Source: Prevotella sp. (GTDB taxonomy: Bacteria; Bacteroidota; Bacteroidia; Bacteroidales; Bacteroidaceae). Taken from it: a DNA stretch of 64,000 nucleotides. Under the pieces are notes generated by a model, which searched no databases, was not told the DNA's origin, and saw only the letters and a list, made by a program, of their open reading frames with translations. Positions 18,489 to 28,183 of the stretch are shown here, piece by piece. Where the stretch lies: positions 16,803-80,802 of the forward strand of contig JAJPYN010000011.1 in NCBI GenBank assembly GCA_021204905.1. The letters are read 5' to 3'. The first letter of the stretch is position 1. Each line of letters starts with the position of its first letter. A program made the position numbers and the translations under genes.

Positions 18489-19862
18489 TCAGTCTTCGTC
18501 GTCCATGCTCTTGTCAAGGTTGCCCTCCCAGAGGTATTTGCGGGTCTCACTGACGATGACGCCGCTGAGGAAGATGAGGGCGAGGAGGTTCGGGATGGCC
18601 ATCAACGCGTTCATGCAGTCGGCGATGTTCCACACCACGTCGAGGTTCATGATGCTGCCGAGGAAGACAGCTGCAACGAAGATGAGGCGGTAGGCGAGGC
18701 TCCAACGGCGCTGCTTCAAGTACTCCACCGCGCGCTCGCCGTAGATCTCCCACCCGAGGATGGTGCTGAACGCGAAGGTGAGCAGACCGAACGTGAGCAA
18801 GGGTGTGCCGACGACGGGTATCTTGCTGAAAGCCAGCTTGGTAAGTGTCGCGCCGTTGTCGTATGTGATGTCGGGGTAGGCGAGGATGCTGCTTACGATG
18901 ACCAAGCCGGTGAGGGCGCAGATGACAACGGTGTCCCAGAAGGTGCCGGACGCCGAGACGAGTGCCTGCCGTACCGGGTTGCGTGTTTGTGCTGCGGCTG
19001 CTACGATTGGCGCAGAACCCATGCCCGACTCGTTGGAGAACAGTCCGCGCGCGATGCCGTACCGTGCCGTCAACATTATGCCTCCGCCTACGAAGCCCCC
19101 GCCCGCAGCCATTGGTGTGAAGGACGCTTTGCAGATTAAGGCGAGGGCGGACAAGAGGAAACTATGATTGAAGACGAGGATAACCACGCAGCCGATGATG
19201 TAAAAGACGGACATAAACGGCACCAGCATTGTGCAGACGCGTGCGATGCTCTTTATACCGCCGATGACAACCGCCCCGACGAGGATGCAGAGGATGATGC
19301 CCGTTGCGTAGGGCGAGACGTTGTAACTCTCGCTTGCGAGCGTCGCAATGGCGTTTGCTTGAACGGTGTTGCCAATGCCGAACGCCGCGATTGCCGTAAA
19401 TATCGCGAAGAGTATGGCGAGTTTTTTCCATCCCAAGCCGCGCTCAAGGGCGTACATCGGGCCCCCTAACGTCCTGCCGTCCTTAGCTTTGACGCGGTAT
19501 TTCACCGCCAGCAGCCCCTCCGCGTACTTCGTCGAGATGCCGAGCAAACCGGTGAGCCAGCACCACAAGACTGCCCCGGGTCCGCCAAGCGCCACTGCCG
19601 TCGCAACACCGATGATGTTCCCCGTGCCGATGGTTGCAGCTAATGCCGTAGCCAGCGCGCCGAATTGCGAAACGTCGCCGTCGGCACCTTTGTCTTTGCG
19701 GACGGAGCATTTGATGGCGGTCCACAGCTTGCGTTGCGGGAAGCGGAGGCGGACGGTGAGGAAAATGTGGGTGCCGAGCAAAAGGATAATCATCGGGAAG
19801 CCCCAAAGGAAGGTGCTCAGCTGCGAGAAGAACTGCCCTACGATGTCCGCTATTGCCGCCAT
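18489..19862 (-). CDS. alanine/glycine:cation symporter (AGCS family)
   Basis: 457 aa, polytopic. The ALATALAATIGTGNIIGVATA motif is present. Confidence 0.88.
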   Translation of the reverse strand: MAAIADIVGQFFSQLSTFLWGFPMIILLLGTHIFLTVRLRFPQRKLWTAIKCSVRKDKGADGDVSQFGALATALAATIGTGNIIGVATAVALGGPGAVLWCWLTGLLGISTKYAEGLLAVKYRVKAKDGRTLGGPMYALERGLGWKKLAILFAIFTAIAAFGIGNTVQANAIATLASESYNVSPYATGIILCILVGAVVIGGIKSIARVCTMLVPFMSVFYIIGCVVILVFNHSFLLSALALICKASFTPMAAGGGFVGGGIMLTARYGIARGLFSNESGMGSAPIVAAAAQTRNPVRQALVSASGTFWDTVVICALTGLVIVSSILAYPDITYDNGATLTKLAFSKIPVVGTPLLTFGLLTFAFSTILGWEIYGERAVEYLKQRRWSLAYRLIFVAAVFLGSIMNLDVVWNIADCMNALMAIPNLLALIFLSGVIVSETRKYLWEGNLDKSMDDED

Positions 19863-19875
19863 AACTTATTGCAAA

Positions 19876-20337
19876 TCAGTCGTCTACGGGCATCTGGCGG
19901 TCGATTACGGCATTGAAGCTCACGATTGTCTCCGAGCGCGATAAACCCAGCGGTTGCAGCTTGTCGTGGATGATGTTGAGCAGGTGGTGGTTGTTCCGCG
20001 CATAAATCTTGATGAACATGTCGAAAGCCCCTGTCGTGTAATGGCATTCCACCACCTCGGGGATGGTCCGCAGCTCCTCCACGACGCGGTCGAAATGCGA
20101 GGGGTCTTTCAGGTAGAGCCCGATGTACGCACAGGTCTCGTAACCGATGGCCTCGGGCGAGATGAGGTATTGACTGCCGCGCAGCACCCCCGCCTGCTCC
20201 AATTTCTGCACACGTTGGTGGACGGACGCCCCGCTGACACCCGTCAGTCGCGCCACTTCGAGAAAAGGCATCCTCGCATCCCGCGCAAGGAGATTGAGGA
20301 TTTTCCTGTCTAATGCGTCTAATTCTATCTTTGCCAT
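19876..20337 (-). CDS. Lrp/AsnC family transcriptional regulator
   Basis: LDRKILNLLARDARMPFLEVARLTGVSGASVHQRV forms the HTH, followed by an AsnC C-terminal domain. The start is trimmed to MAKIELD because a -7 box overlaps the longer ORF. Confidence 0.88.
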   Translation of the reverse strand: MAKIELDALDRKILNLLARDARMPFLEVARLTGVSGASVHQRVQKLEQAGVLRGSQYLISPEAIGYETCAYIGLYLKDPSHFDRVVEELRTIPEVVECHYTTGAFDMFIKIYARNNHHLLNIIHDKLQPLGLSRSETIVSFNAVIDRQMPVDD

Positions 20338-20355
20338 AATCGCGTTATTATGCTG

Positions 20356-20363
20356 CAAAGGTA
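20356..20363 (-). promoter_or_regulatory. -7 box (TACCTTTG) for the lrp-symporter operon
   Basis: The reverse complement of caaaggta is TACCTTTG, 19 nt upstream of the ATG at 20337. Confidence 0.5.
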
Positions 20364-20479
20364 ACCTTTCGCCGGCAGAAAAACAAAATAATTTCTCGCC
20401 AAACGCACGCTTTTATTTACAATCGCGCGTTTTTCCCGCCCCTTTTGTGATAAATTGTAAGTGGAAAGAAGATGATATG

Positions 20480-21274
20480 TCAGACGGAGACGGCGGCGGG
20501 GATGTGGGGGTGCGGGTCGTAACCCTCGAGGCGGAAGTCGTCGTAGCGGAAATCGAAGAGGGACTTCACGTCGGGGTTGAGGAGCATTCGCGGCAGGGGG
20601 CGCGGGGAGCGCGTGAGTTGCAGGCGCGCCTGATCGAGGTGGTTAAGGTAGAGATGCGTGTCGCCTGTGGTGTGGATGAAGTCGCCGCATTCGAGGCCTG
20701 TTACTTGCGCCATCATTTGCAGGAGCAACGCATACGACGCGATGTTGAACGGCACGCCGAGGAACATATCCGCCGAGCGCTGGTAGAGCTGGAGCGAGAG
20801 TTTGCCGTTTGCAACGTAAAACTGAAACAGGCAATGGCACGGCGGCAGAGCCATTTTGTCGATTACGGCGGGGTTCCACGCGCTGACAATCATCCTTCGC
20901 GAGTCGGGATTACGGCGTATCGTCTCCACCACCTGCGAGATCTGGTCAATCGTGCCGCCGTTGTAATCCTGCCACGCGCGCCATTGCTTGCCGTAGACGG
21001 GACCCAAATCCCCGTTTTCATCCGCCCATTCGTTCCAAATCCTTACGCCATTCTCCTGCAAAAAATGCACGTTGGTGTCGCCGGAGAGGAACCACAGCAG
21101 CTCGTAGATGATGGATTTCAGATGGAGCTTCTTCGTTGTCAAAAGCGGGAAGCCGTCGCTCAACGGGAAGCGCATCTGGTGTCCGAAGACGCTGAGCGTG
21201 CCCGTGCCCGTGCGGTCCTCTTTCCTCTCGCCCTCCGTCAGGACGCGATTGAGCAGGTCAAGATATTGTTTCAT
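20480..21274 (-). CDS. thyA: thymidylate synthase
   Basis: The 264-aa product carries [22 protein letters not shown]. Confidence 0.96.
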   Translation of the reverse strand: MKQYLDLLNRVLTEGERKEDRTGTGTLSVFGHQMRFPLSDGFPLLTTKKLHLKSIIYELLWFLSGDTNVHFLQENGVRIWNEWADENGDLGPVYGKQWRAWQDYNGGTIDQISQVVETIRRNPDSRRMIVSAWNPAVIDKMALPPCHCLFQFYVANGKLSLQLYQRSADMFLGVPFNIASYALLLQMMAQVTGLECGDFIHTTGDTHLYLNHLDQARLQLTRSPRPLPRMLLNPDVKSLFDFRYDDFRLEGYDPHPHIPAAVSV

Positions 21275-21729
21275 CGTTCGTCAGCATTATCTGCGGCGTC
21301 GGTACCGCTATAGTTTATTTTCAGAATCTGTGCGTCGCGAAGTGCCGTTTTTACAGCATTGATAATTTTCATCGGCGTATGGCGGTCGGCTTGCAGCGAG
21401 GCGCACAGTTGTTCATCGCCGTAGGCGGTCGCCTCCTTGCTCTCTTTTTGCAGCGCGGCGGGCAGTTCGCCGAGGGTGCAGCGCGTGTTTCCCACCTGCA
21501 ACTCATAGTCGCCCGTCGCGGCGTTTCTTCCCACGAAGATGTCAATCACCGCTGCGTTTTTCTTCATCTTCTGCAGGTTGGCGCCCGCCGGCTCTTCGTA
21601 AGGTATCTGCGGGGTGCTCTGGCGGATGTGCGTAACGATCATGAAGAAGAACAGGATGGTGAAAATCAGATCGGGCATTGCCGTCATTTGCAAGCTCGGC
21701 AGACTGTTGTTGCGGCGGCGTATCTTCAT
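21271..21729 (-). CDS. exbD: ExbD/TolR biopolymer transport protein
   Basis: 152 aa with a single N-terminal TM ([15 protein letters not shown]). It overlaps thyA by 4 bp. Confidence 0.8.
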   Translation of the reverse strand: MKIRRRNNSLPSLQMTAMPDLIFTILFFFMIVTHIRQSTPQIPYEEPAGANLQKMKKNAAVIDIFVGRNAATGDYELQVGNTRCTLGELPAALQKESKEATAYGDEQLCASLQADRHTPMKIINAVKTALRDAQILKINYSGTDAADNADER

Positions 21730-22256
21730 TGCGCGTCCTCCTCGTGATAATTCTCCGCCACGCGGTGGGGCAGGCGCGTGAGCACGGCGGTACGCTCCTC
21801 ATCGGTCAACCGGCTCATCGCGCGGCCGTATTCCTTCTCCGCCGTTGTCTCACGCGCGCCGCGATATGCTTCCGTCAAGGCGTTTTGCACGGCGTAATAA
21901 GCCGCGTAAGGGCAGTCGTTGTCGGCATCAATCGTGATGAGATGTTTGTCTTTGCGGCTTAAAATAAAGGTCTGCAGTTGCCCGCGCAGAAGGCGAATGT
22001 CGGCGAGGGTGTCGTTCACGGACAGTTGCCCGGCGGCATCAAGCCCGAGCGCCATAATATTATCCTTGTCGACAACCATCTCATTCCGTTGCTTCTCGTC
22101 CTTGTCTTTCGGGGGCAACCGGCGGATGAAGCCTTTGTCGACGTACATCGAAGTGGTAACAAGGAAAAAGACGAGCAGCATGAACGAGATGTCCGCCGTC
22201 GATGTGGTGTTCAGTCCGAAATAACCCGTTTGTCGTTTGCGCAGTTTCATCGGCAT
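21726..22256 (-). CDS. exbD: ExbD/TolR biopolymer transport protein
   Basis: The start is trimmed to MPMKLRKRQ. The TM is ADISFMLLVFFLVT. It overlaps the next exbD by 4 bp. Confidence 0.8.
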   Translation of the reverse strand: MPMKLRKRQTGYFGLNTTSTADISFMLLVFFLVTTSMYVDKGFIRRLPPKDKDEKQRNEMVVDKDNIMALGLDAAGQLSVNDTLADIRLLRGQLQTFILSRKDKHLITIDADNDCPYAAYYAVQNALTEAYRGARETTAEKEYGRAMSRLTDEERTAVLTRLPHRVAENYHEEDAQ

Positions 22257-22543
22257 CTTATCATTGACCAAGCGACAACTATCACACCCGCGATTAACAG
22301 CGAGAACAAGCTGATGAGCATAACGTCCGCCACCGAGCCGTCGCCGAAGAGCCTCGCGCAAACCGCAACGAGCACCACGAAGCCGCACAGACAAAGGTCG
22401 AGCACTCTCACCTTAATGCCGTTCTGCACCGCCCCGCGTCCCGTCGAGCGCCACCGCATACGGCAATACGACCACAGCGTTACGCCGATTGCCACGGCGA
22501 GAACGATGTAGACAATGGTGAGTATGACGTCGGTAAATTCCAT
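22247..22543 (-). CDS. small 3-TM membrane protein in the exbBD cluster
   Basis: 98 aa and hydrophobic. It sits between exbB and exbD. Confidence 0.5.
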   Translation of the reverse strand: MEFTDVILTIVYIVLAVAIGVTLWSYCRMRWRSTGRGAVQNGIKVRVLDLCLCGFVVLVAVCARLFGDGSVADVMLISLFSLLIAGVIVVAWSMIRCR

Positions 22544-22571
22544 CTTTCGGCTAAAAAAGAAAAGTTATGCG

Positions 22572-23261
22572 TCAGGAAGTTTCGCCCTTTGAATGCTTAT
22601 ACTTGCCGATGACATCGAGCAGCGATATGGCGCTTTCCTCCATCTGCATCGTGATGCGGTCGATTTTCGTCAGGATGTAATTGTAAAACAGCTGCAACAC
22701 GACAGCCGCCACAATGCCGAAGATAGTAGTGAGCAGTGCCACTTTCATACCTTCCGCCACGATTGTCGGACTGATGTCGCCCGCTATCTCGATGCGCTCG
22801 AACGCCATCACGATACCAATCACCGTGCCGAGAAAACCGAGCGAGGGGGCGATGGCGATGAACAGTTTTATCCACGCCGAACCTTTCTCCAATAGCGACA
22901 GCTGCACGTTGGCGTAAGACTCCATACTGCGGTCGATGTCCTCAATCGGGTCGTTCATCCGCAGCAGACCCTGATAACAAATGCTCGCCACGGGTCCGAC
23001 GGTGTTGCGCGCCTTGTCTTTCGCCCCGTCGATGTTGCCCGTCTCGATAAATTCCGCCAGCTCCGCCACGAACTTCCGCGCGTTGATCTCCGAGAGCGTG
23101 AGGTAGATGATGCGCTCAATGCAAAACGCCAAGCCGAGGATTAAGGCGATTGCCACGAGCGACATAAACAGCACGTTGCCCTCCACGAACTTGTCCTTGA
23201 TGATTTGGTGGATGCCGCCCTCGCCGCTGATTTGCAGGAAGAAAAATAAAAACGTGTTCAT
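22572..23261 (-). CDS. exbB: MotA/TolQ/ExbB proton channel protein
   Basis: The start is trimmed to MNTFLFFFLQ. The C-terminal IAPSLGFLGTVIGIV motif is present. An ATGA overlap links it to the glmM stop. Confidence 0.85.
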   Translation of the reverse strand: MNTFLFFFLQISGEGGIHQIIKDKFVEGNVLFMSLVAIALILGLAFCIERIIYLTLSEINARKFVAELAEFIETGNIDGAKDKARNTVGPVASICYQGLLRMNDPIEDIDRSMESYANVQLSLLEKGSAWIKLFIAIAPSLGFLGTVIGIVMAFERIEIAGDISPTIVAEGMKVALLTTIFGIVAAVVLQLFYNYILTKIDRITMQMEESAISLLDVIGKYKHSKGETS

Positions 23262-24643
23262 TTTGTCATCGAACCGATTACGTCCATAATTTGTTTGCCG
23301 AGCCGCGCCGCTTCGTCCTGAGTGTGAGCCTCGCTGTACACGCGGATTATCGGCTCGGTATTCGATTTGCGGAGGTGCACCCAACTGTCGGCGAAGTCGA
23401 TTTTCACGCCGTCGATGTCGGTGATCCGCTCTGTCGTGTAAAGCTCTTTCACCCTCGCGAGGATCTTGTCGATGTCCGTCTCGGGGCGAAGCTCAACCTT
23501 GTTTTTTGCAATGAAATAATCCGGCAAGGCGGCTCTGAATTCGCTGACGGAAATGCCTCTTTCAGCCAATGCCGAAAGGAAAAGCGCAATGCCGACAAGC
23601 GCGTCGCGACCATAATGGCACTCGGGGTAGATCACGCCGCCGTTGCCCTCGCCGCCAATCACGGCTGATGTCTCTTTCATCGTCGCCACAACGTTCACCT
23701 CGCCCACCGCCGATGCCGCATAGTTGCCGCCGTGCCGCAGGGTGATGTCCCTCAGCGCGCGCGACGAAGAGAGGTTGCTCACGGCATTTCCCGGCGTCTT
23801 CGACAGCACAAAATCCGCCGCGCCGACAAGCGTGTATTCCTCGCCGATCATCCGTCCGCGCTCGTCGATAAACGCCAGCCGGTCAACATCGGGGTCGACA
23901 ACTATGCCCATGTCATACCCTCCGCCGCGAACAAGCTCCATAATGCCCGCAAGGTTCTGCTCCAACGGCTCGGGGTTGTGCGCGAAATTGCCGTCGGGAA
24001 CATTATTTATAATTGTGTATTCCGCGCCCAACGCCTCGAACAAACGCGGCAGGATAACCGCACCGACCGAGTTAATGGTGTCTGCTGCGACGCGGAAATG
24101 CCGGGCCTTAATCGCTTTAACATTAACTAATGGAAGCTTGACAACCGCCTCAACGTGTTTCAAATCAAAACTGTCGTCTTTCGTGATAGTGCCGAGCCGG
24201 TCGACCTCGGCATAAGCAAAGTCCTCTTTCTCGGCAAGCGCAATCACCTCCTTGCCCTCTTTGTCAGAAAGAAATTCGCCCTCGCCGTTAAGCAGTTTCA
24301 AGGCGTTCCAATGTCTCGGGTTATGGCTCGCGGTGATGATTATTCCGCCCGCCGCTTTCGACATAATCACCGCAAGCTCCGTCGTCGGCGTCGTTGCGAG
24401 CCCGATATCCAGCACGTCGAAACCCGCGCCGAGCAGCGTGCCGCAAACGATGTCTTTCACCATTTCGCCGGAGACCCTCGCGTCGCGACCTACCACAATC
24501 GTGTTGCTCGTTGCCGCGGCCGTTTTGCGAATGAACATCGCGTAGGCGGAAACGAATTTAACTATGTCGAGCGGGGTCAAACCCTCACCCGCACGCCCGC
24601 CGATAGTGCCGCGAATGCCCGATATTGATTTGATTAATGCCAT
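23258..24643 (-). CDS. glmM: phosphoglucosamine mutase
   Basis: 461 aa with SGIRGT and the TASHNP active-site loop. Confidence 0.92.
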   Translation of the reverse strand: MALIKSISGIRGTIGGRAGEGLTPLDIVKFVSAYAMFIRKTAAATSNTIVVGRDARVSGEMVKDIVCGTLLGAGFDVLDIGLATTPTTELAVIMSKAAGGIIITASHNPRHWNALKLLNGEGEFLSDKEGKEVIALAEKEDFAYAEVDRLGTITKDDSFDLKHVEAVVKLPLVNVKAIKARHFRVAADTINSVGAVILPRLFEALGAEYTIINNVPDGNFAHNPEPLEQNLAGIMELVRGGGYDMGIVVDPDVDRLAFIDERGRMIGEEYTLVGAADFVLSKTPGNAVSNLSSSRALRDITLRHGGNYAASAVGEVNVVATMKETSAVIGGEGNGGVIYPECHYGRDALVGIALFLSALAERGISVSEFRAALPDYFIAKNKVELRPETDIDKILARVKELYTTERITDIDGVKIDFADSWVHLRKSNTEPIIRVYSEAHTQDEAARLGKQIMDVIGSMTK

Positions 24644-24706
24644 CGCTCTGCCGTCTTTTTCAAAAGGTTTTAAGATTCAACCTAATAACCTCATAACCTC
24701 AAACCA

Positions 24707-25348
24707 TCACATCCCGCGCTCGTAGGTGATGACATACAGGCAGGGATAGACGTTCGCCGAAGCGTAATATTGCCCTTGCGACGACGGCACGATAACCGAT
24801 ATTTTTGCCGTCTCGTCGTCGTCGTTCACAGGCCGCCCGATGTTGAGATAGGTCAGCGGATAGAGCCATCCCGACGGCACCGACGCACTGGAATATGCCG
24901 CATACATCAGGCTGCTCTCCGTGTCGAACGAACCCGAAAACGTCCCCGAGTTGTTCGTTACCGTCATCTTTTCGGGGATTGACGAGTAGTAAAGGTTGTC
25001 GTTGGACAGTTGCAGCGAATCGCCGAGCAGGTTGTACTCCGAGAACCGGCACAGGATATCTACCGTTTCGCCCTGCCGGATTTTCTCGCCGCAGCCCTGA
25101 CGGATAATTTGCAGGTAGATGCCGTTGCTGTCGAACAGGACATATTCGTTCTTCGACACGTCCGTGGTGTAGCCCTGCGCCGCAAACGTATCTTCGGAGA
25201 TGACCTTCACGTTGTAGTCCGAGAGGTAAGCGTTGATCGCCGCGTCCTCCTTCTTCCGCATATCGGCGTAGGTCTCCTCATCGCTGCACGAGTCGAAAAC
25301 CACCGCCGCGCACACGACGAAACAATAGAAAAAGACGTTTCTTTTCAT
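24707..25348 (-). CDS. DUF4827-like lipoprotein
   Basis: A lipobox (FDSCS) is present. Its position next to glmM is conserved in Bacteroidales, as I recall. Confidence 0.55.
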   Translation of the reverse strand: MKRNVFFYCFVVCAAVVFDSCSDEETYADMRKKEDAAINAYLSDYNVKVISEDTFAAQGYTTDVSKNEYVLFDSNGIYLQIIRQGCGEKIRQGETVDILCRFSEYNLLGDSLQLSNDNLYYSSIPEKMTVTNNSGTFSGSFDTESSLMYAAYSSASVPSGWLYPLTYLNIGRPVNDDDETAKISVIVPSSQGQYYASANVYPCLYVITYERGM

Positions 25349-25376
25349 TTCAAAAATGAGCCTTGTAAAATCGTTG

Positions 25377-25384
25377 CAAAGTTA
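25377..25384 (-). promoter_or_regulatory. -7 box (TAACTTTG) for the DUF4827-glmM operon
   Basis: The reverse complement of caaagtta is TAACTTTG, 29 nt upstream of the ATG at 25348. Confidence 0.45.
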
Positions 25385-25577
25385 ATGCAATATGGAATAA
25401 ATAAGAAACAAAACCGGCAGTTTTTATTATATAATGTAAAAGCCGAAGCCGCAACTAAAAACGTAGCTCGAAACGCAGCTCAAAGCGATTGAAACGAACC
25501 GGACGGTAATTCTTCTTCGTCGCCGCCGCGTTGATTTAAATCAATAAATAGCAACTAACATTCACTTTTTTAGCGGT

Positions 25578-25586
25578 GGGGGGGGG
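25578..25586 (+). repeat. homopolymeric G9 tract
   Basis: I counted nine consecutive G. The tract ends 17 nt upstream of a near-consensus -7 box (TAACTTCG, 25604-25611) and 57 nt upstream of the small ORF at 25643. Confidence 0.9.
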
Positions 25587-25642
25587 AGAAGTGGCATTTC
25601 CCGTAACTTCGCACCATAAAACTAATAAAATTGCAAGGAATT

Positions 25643-25816
25643 ATGAAAGTGATTAGTGAAAAGAAAGCGTATTTCAAACCCGAAAGCGAGGTTGCCGCGA
25701 ACCTTGGGACAGAGTTCTATGTCATGAGCCCTGGTTCTAGCCAAGCCAAGGATGCCGGAGATTGGGAAACCGAGACCGAAGACGATTGGAGTAATCCCGA
25801 CGGCTTCGACCGGTAA
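25643..25816 (+). CDS. small acidic Trp-containing peptide (57 aa)
   Basis: The product is MKVISEKKAYFKPESEV...DWETETEDDWSNPDGFDR. It resembles the 52-aa ORF at 63497-63655. I saw no signal peptide. Confidence 0.4.
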   Translation: MKVISEKKAYFKPESEVAANLGTEFYVMSPGSSQAKDAGDWETETEDDWSNPDGFDR

Positions 25817-26034
25817 CTTCCTCCGCTTTGCGCGAAACTCTTAGTCGCTACTAATTCAACGAACAAACGGCGCCGGGCACGACGTCGTTTTTCGTATCCG
25901 GTTAGCAAATAATCTCACATGCTAATCAAACTCGGGTAGGGATATAGTTGCGTACCTTTCGGCACGCATTTACCTTACTACCTTTGAGTACTTTTCGGCA
26001 CTTTTTTACCTTTCCGCACCTCGCCGCTGACGAA

Positions 26035-27081
26035 TCACTTTTTCAATCGCTCCGCAAAGGCCTTGATGGCGCGGCGCGTGATGGTCTCCGCTTCGGCGAG
26101 CGACGTGAAGAGGTGTCCTCCCGCCGCATTGAGGTGTCCGCCGCCGTTGAAGAACTGCTCCGCCATTTCGTTGCAGGGGAAGTCGTCGACCGAGCGGATG
26201 CTCACCCAGATCCTGTTGTCCACGCGGTCGTCTTCGCGCAAGGAAACCGACAGGCGCATGCCTTTGATGGTCAGCGGCACGTTCACCAAGCCCTCCGCGT
26301 CGCCTTTGTTGAAGTGATAATCGAGCATCTCCTGCCGCGAGATGGTGAAATACGACGCGTGGAGGTCGGGGAAAACGCACAGCTTCTGCGCCATAATATA
26401 GCCCCGGAAGCGCACCGCCCATTGTGAAAAATTGTTATAAACGAGGCGGTAAATCTTGTCTTTGTCGATGCGCTTGGCAAGCAGTTCGCCGATGATGCTG
26501 TAAATCTCCGGCCGCGACGAGTTATAAGTGAAGCCGCCCGTGTCGGTCATCATGCCGCAATAAATCATCGACGCCCATTTCTTGTCCATTCGCTCCGACA
26601 GCCCCAGCCGGCTGACGACGGCGAACAGCACTTCGCACGTGGAGCACCGCTCGCTGCGTGAGATGGTGAGCAGGCAGTCGATGTCGGGGTCGAGATGGTG
26701 GTCTATCATCACCTTGCGCGCCGTGCTTTGCCGAAACGCCTGCTCCGCTTCGCCCATGCGGGAATAGCTGTTCAGGTCCATGAAAAATATGGTGTCGGCT
26801 TTGGCGATGAGGCTGTCGGCGAGGTCGCGTTTGCGCTCGTAGTTGATGATAGTCTGGCTGTCGGGCAGCCACTGGTAGTATTCGGGGAAATTGTCCGGCA
26901 CGACGACCGACACGTTGGCGCCGTAGACCGTCCGCACGAGGTATGCCATAGCGAGGCAGGATCCCAGCGCGTCCCCGTCCGGGTTCTTATGCCCTACAAC
27001 CACCACCTCCTTCGCCGAGGCAAGAATAGAAAGGAGCAACTCCCGCTGCTCCTCCGTTATGATGTCTTTTGCGTCCTGCAT
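26035..27081 (-). CDS. nrnA: DHH/DHHA1 phosphoesterase (NrnA-like oligoribonuclease/pAp phosphatase)
   Basis: Motifs GHKNPDGDALGS, DHH (IDHHLD) and GGGHLNAAGG are present. The start is trimmed to MQDAKD. Confidence 0.85.
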   Translation of the reverse strand: MQDAKDIITEEQRELLLSILASAKEVVVVGHKNPDGDALGSCLAMAYLVRTVYGANVSVVVPDNFPEYYQWLPDSQTIINYERKRDLADSLIAKADTIFFMDLNSYSRMGEAEQAFRQSTARKVMIDHHLDPDIDCLLTISRSERCSTCEVLFAVVSRLGLSERMDKKWASMIYCGMMTDTGGFTYNSSRPEIYSIIGELLAKRIDKDKIYRLVYNNFSQWAVRFRGYIMAQKLCVFPDLHASYFTISRQEMLDYHFNKGDAEGLVNVPLTIKGMRLSVSLREDDRVDNRIWVSIRSVDDFPCNEMAEQFFNGGGHLNAAGGHLFTSLAEAETITRRAIKAFAERLKK

Positions 27082-27995
27082 CAGAACATCTTTTCCGGGT
27101 ATTGCCCGCCGTCGTGTAGCGCTTTGAGCTTCTCCACCACTGCCGGACGGTCCTCGGGATAGGTTACCCCGAACCATTTCGATGTCGTGTCGAGCACTTC
27201 GCACGTCGCTACGCCGCGCTTGATAAGGTCGTCCACCATCAGCGGGATGAAAAATTCCGCCTTCGGATTAGCCTGTGTCTGCGGGTCGGAAAGGAATTTT
27301 TTGAAATAGCTCAAAGAATGTTCGAAGTAGTCGGGAGTGAAGCCCCAGAAATTCATCGATACCGGCGTGGTGTCCGCGATGCTCACCCATTGCCCGTCGT
27401 CGTCAAGATATTGCACGATGCCGTCGTGCCGCTCGATTTTCGTCCGCTCAACAACGGAGGAGAGATAGTGCGTCTTCTCGTCGTTCACACAGATGCCGCG
27501 GCTGACCGTGCCGCTCTCGCTCAGCGTGCTTGCCACACGGAAGCCCACCATCGCATATCTGCCTGTGGAGCCCTCCGGCAAGGCGCTGAGGAACCGTCCC
27601 ATCACGCGGAAAGCGTCGCGGTCGTAGAAATCGTCGCAGTTAATCACGGCAAACGGCTCGCGAATGATGTCCTTGCCCATCAGCACCGCGTGGTTCGTGC
27701 CCCACGGCTTCGTGCGCCCCTCGGGAACGGAAAAGCCTTCGGGCAGCTTGTCGAGGCTCTGGAAACACAGTTCGCACGGGATCTGCCCCTCGTATTTCGA
27801 CAAAATCTGCGTGCGGAACTGCTCCTCGAAATCCTTGCGGATGACCCATACAATCTTGCCGAATCCCGCCTGAATAGCGTCGTAAATGCTGTAATCCATA
27901 ATCGCCTCGCCGTGAGGGCCGAGCGTGTCAAGCTGCTTCAATCCGCCGTAGCGGCTGCCCATGCCGGCTGCAAGAAGAAAAAGTGTCGGTTTCAT
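27081..27995 (-). CDS. sugar-phosphate nucleotidyltransferase family protein
   Basis: The N-terminal LAAGMGSRYGGLKQL motif is an NTP_transferase signature. Its stop shares 1 nt with the nrnA start (TGATG). Confidence 0.75.
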   Translation of the reverse strand: MKPTLFLLAAGMGSRYGGLKQLDTLGPHGEAIMDYSIYDAIQAGFGKIVWVIRKDFEEQFRTQILSKYEGQIPCELCFQSLDKLPEGFSVPEGRTKPWGTNHAVLMGKDIIREPFAVINCDDFYDRDAFRVMGRFLSALPEGSTGRYAMVGFRVASTLSESGTVSRGICVNDEKTHYLSSVVERTKIERHDGIVQYLDDDGQWVSIADTTPVSMNFWGFTPDYFEHSLSYFKKFLSDPQTQANPKAEFFIPLMVDDLIKRGVATCEVLDTTSKWFGVTYPEDRPAVVEKLKALHDGGQYPEKMF

Positions 27996-28136
27996 AATTG
28001 TTTTGATTTTTGTTATTAATTATTATGATGTTTATTATTAATTGTTAAAGCAACGTTGCCCCTCGTCTTCGCAAAGCAAAGGTAAAGCAATCAAGAGAAA
28101 TATTCAAATTAAATTTGATATTTTACTCGTTTGCAC

Positions 28137-28144
28137 TACCTTTG
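28137..28144 (+). promoter_or_regulatory. -7 box (TACCTTTG)
   Basis: The motif lies 40 nt upstream of the ATG at 28184. Confidence 0.5.
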
Positions 28145-28183
28145 CCAATCATTTCAGAACAAAACTTAATAAAAAAGAAAGAT

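Noticed and set aside
25560-25600. tmRNA or another structured RNA suggested by the GGGGGGGGG run
   Set aside because: There is no tRNA-like acceptor or T-arm, no tag reading frame and no other conserved ncRNA signature nearby.
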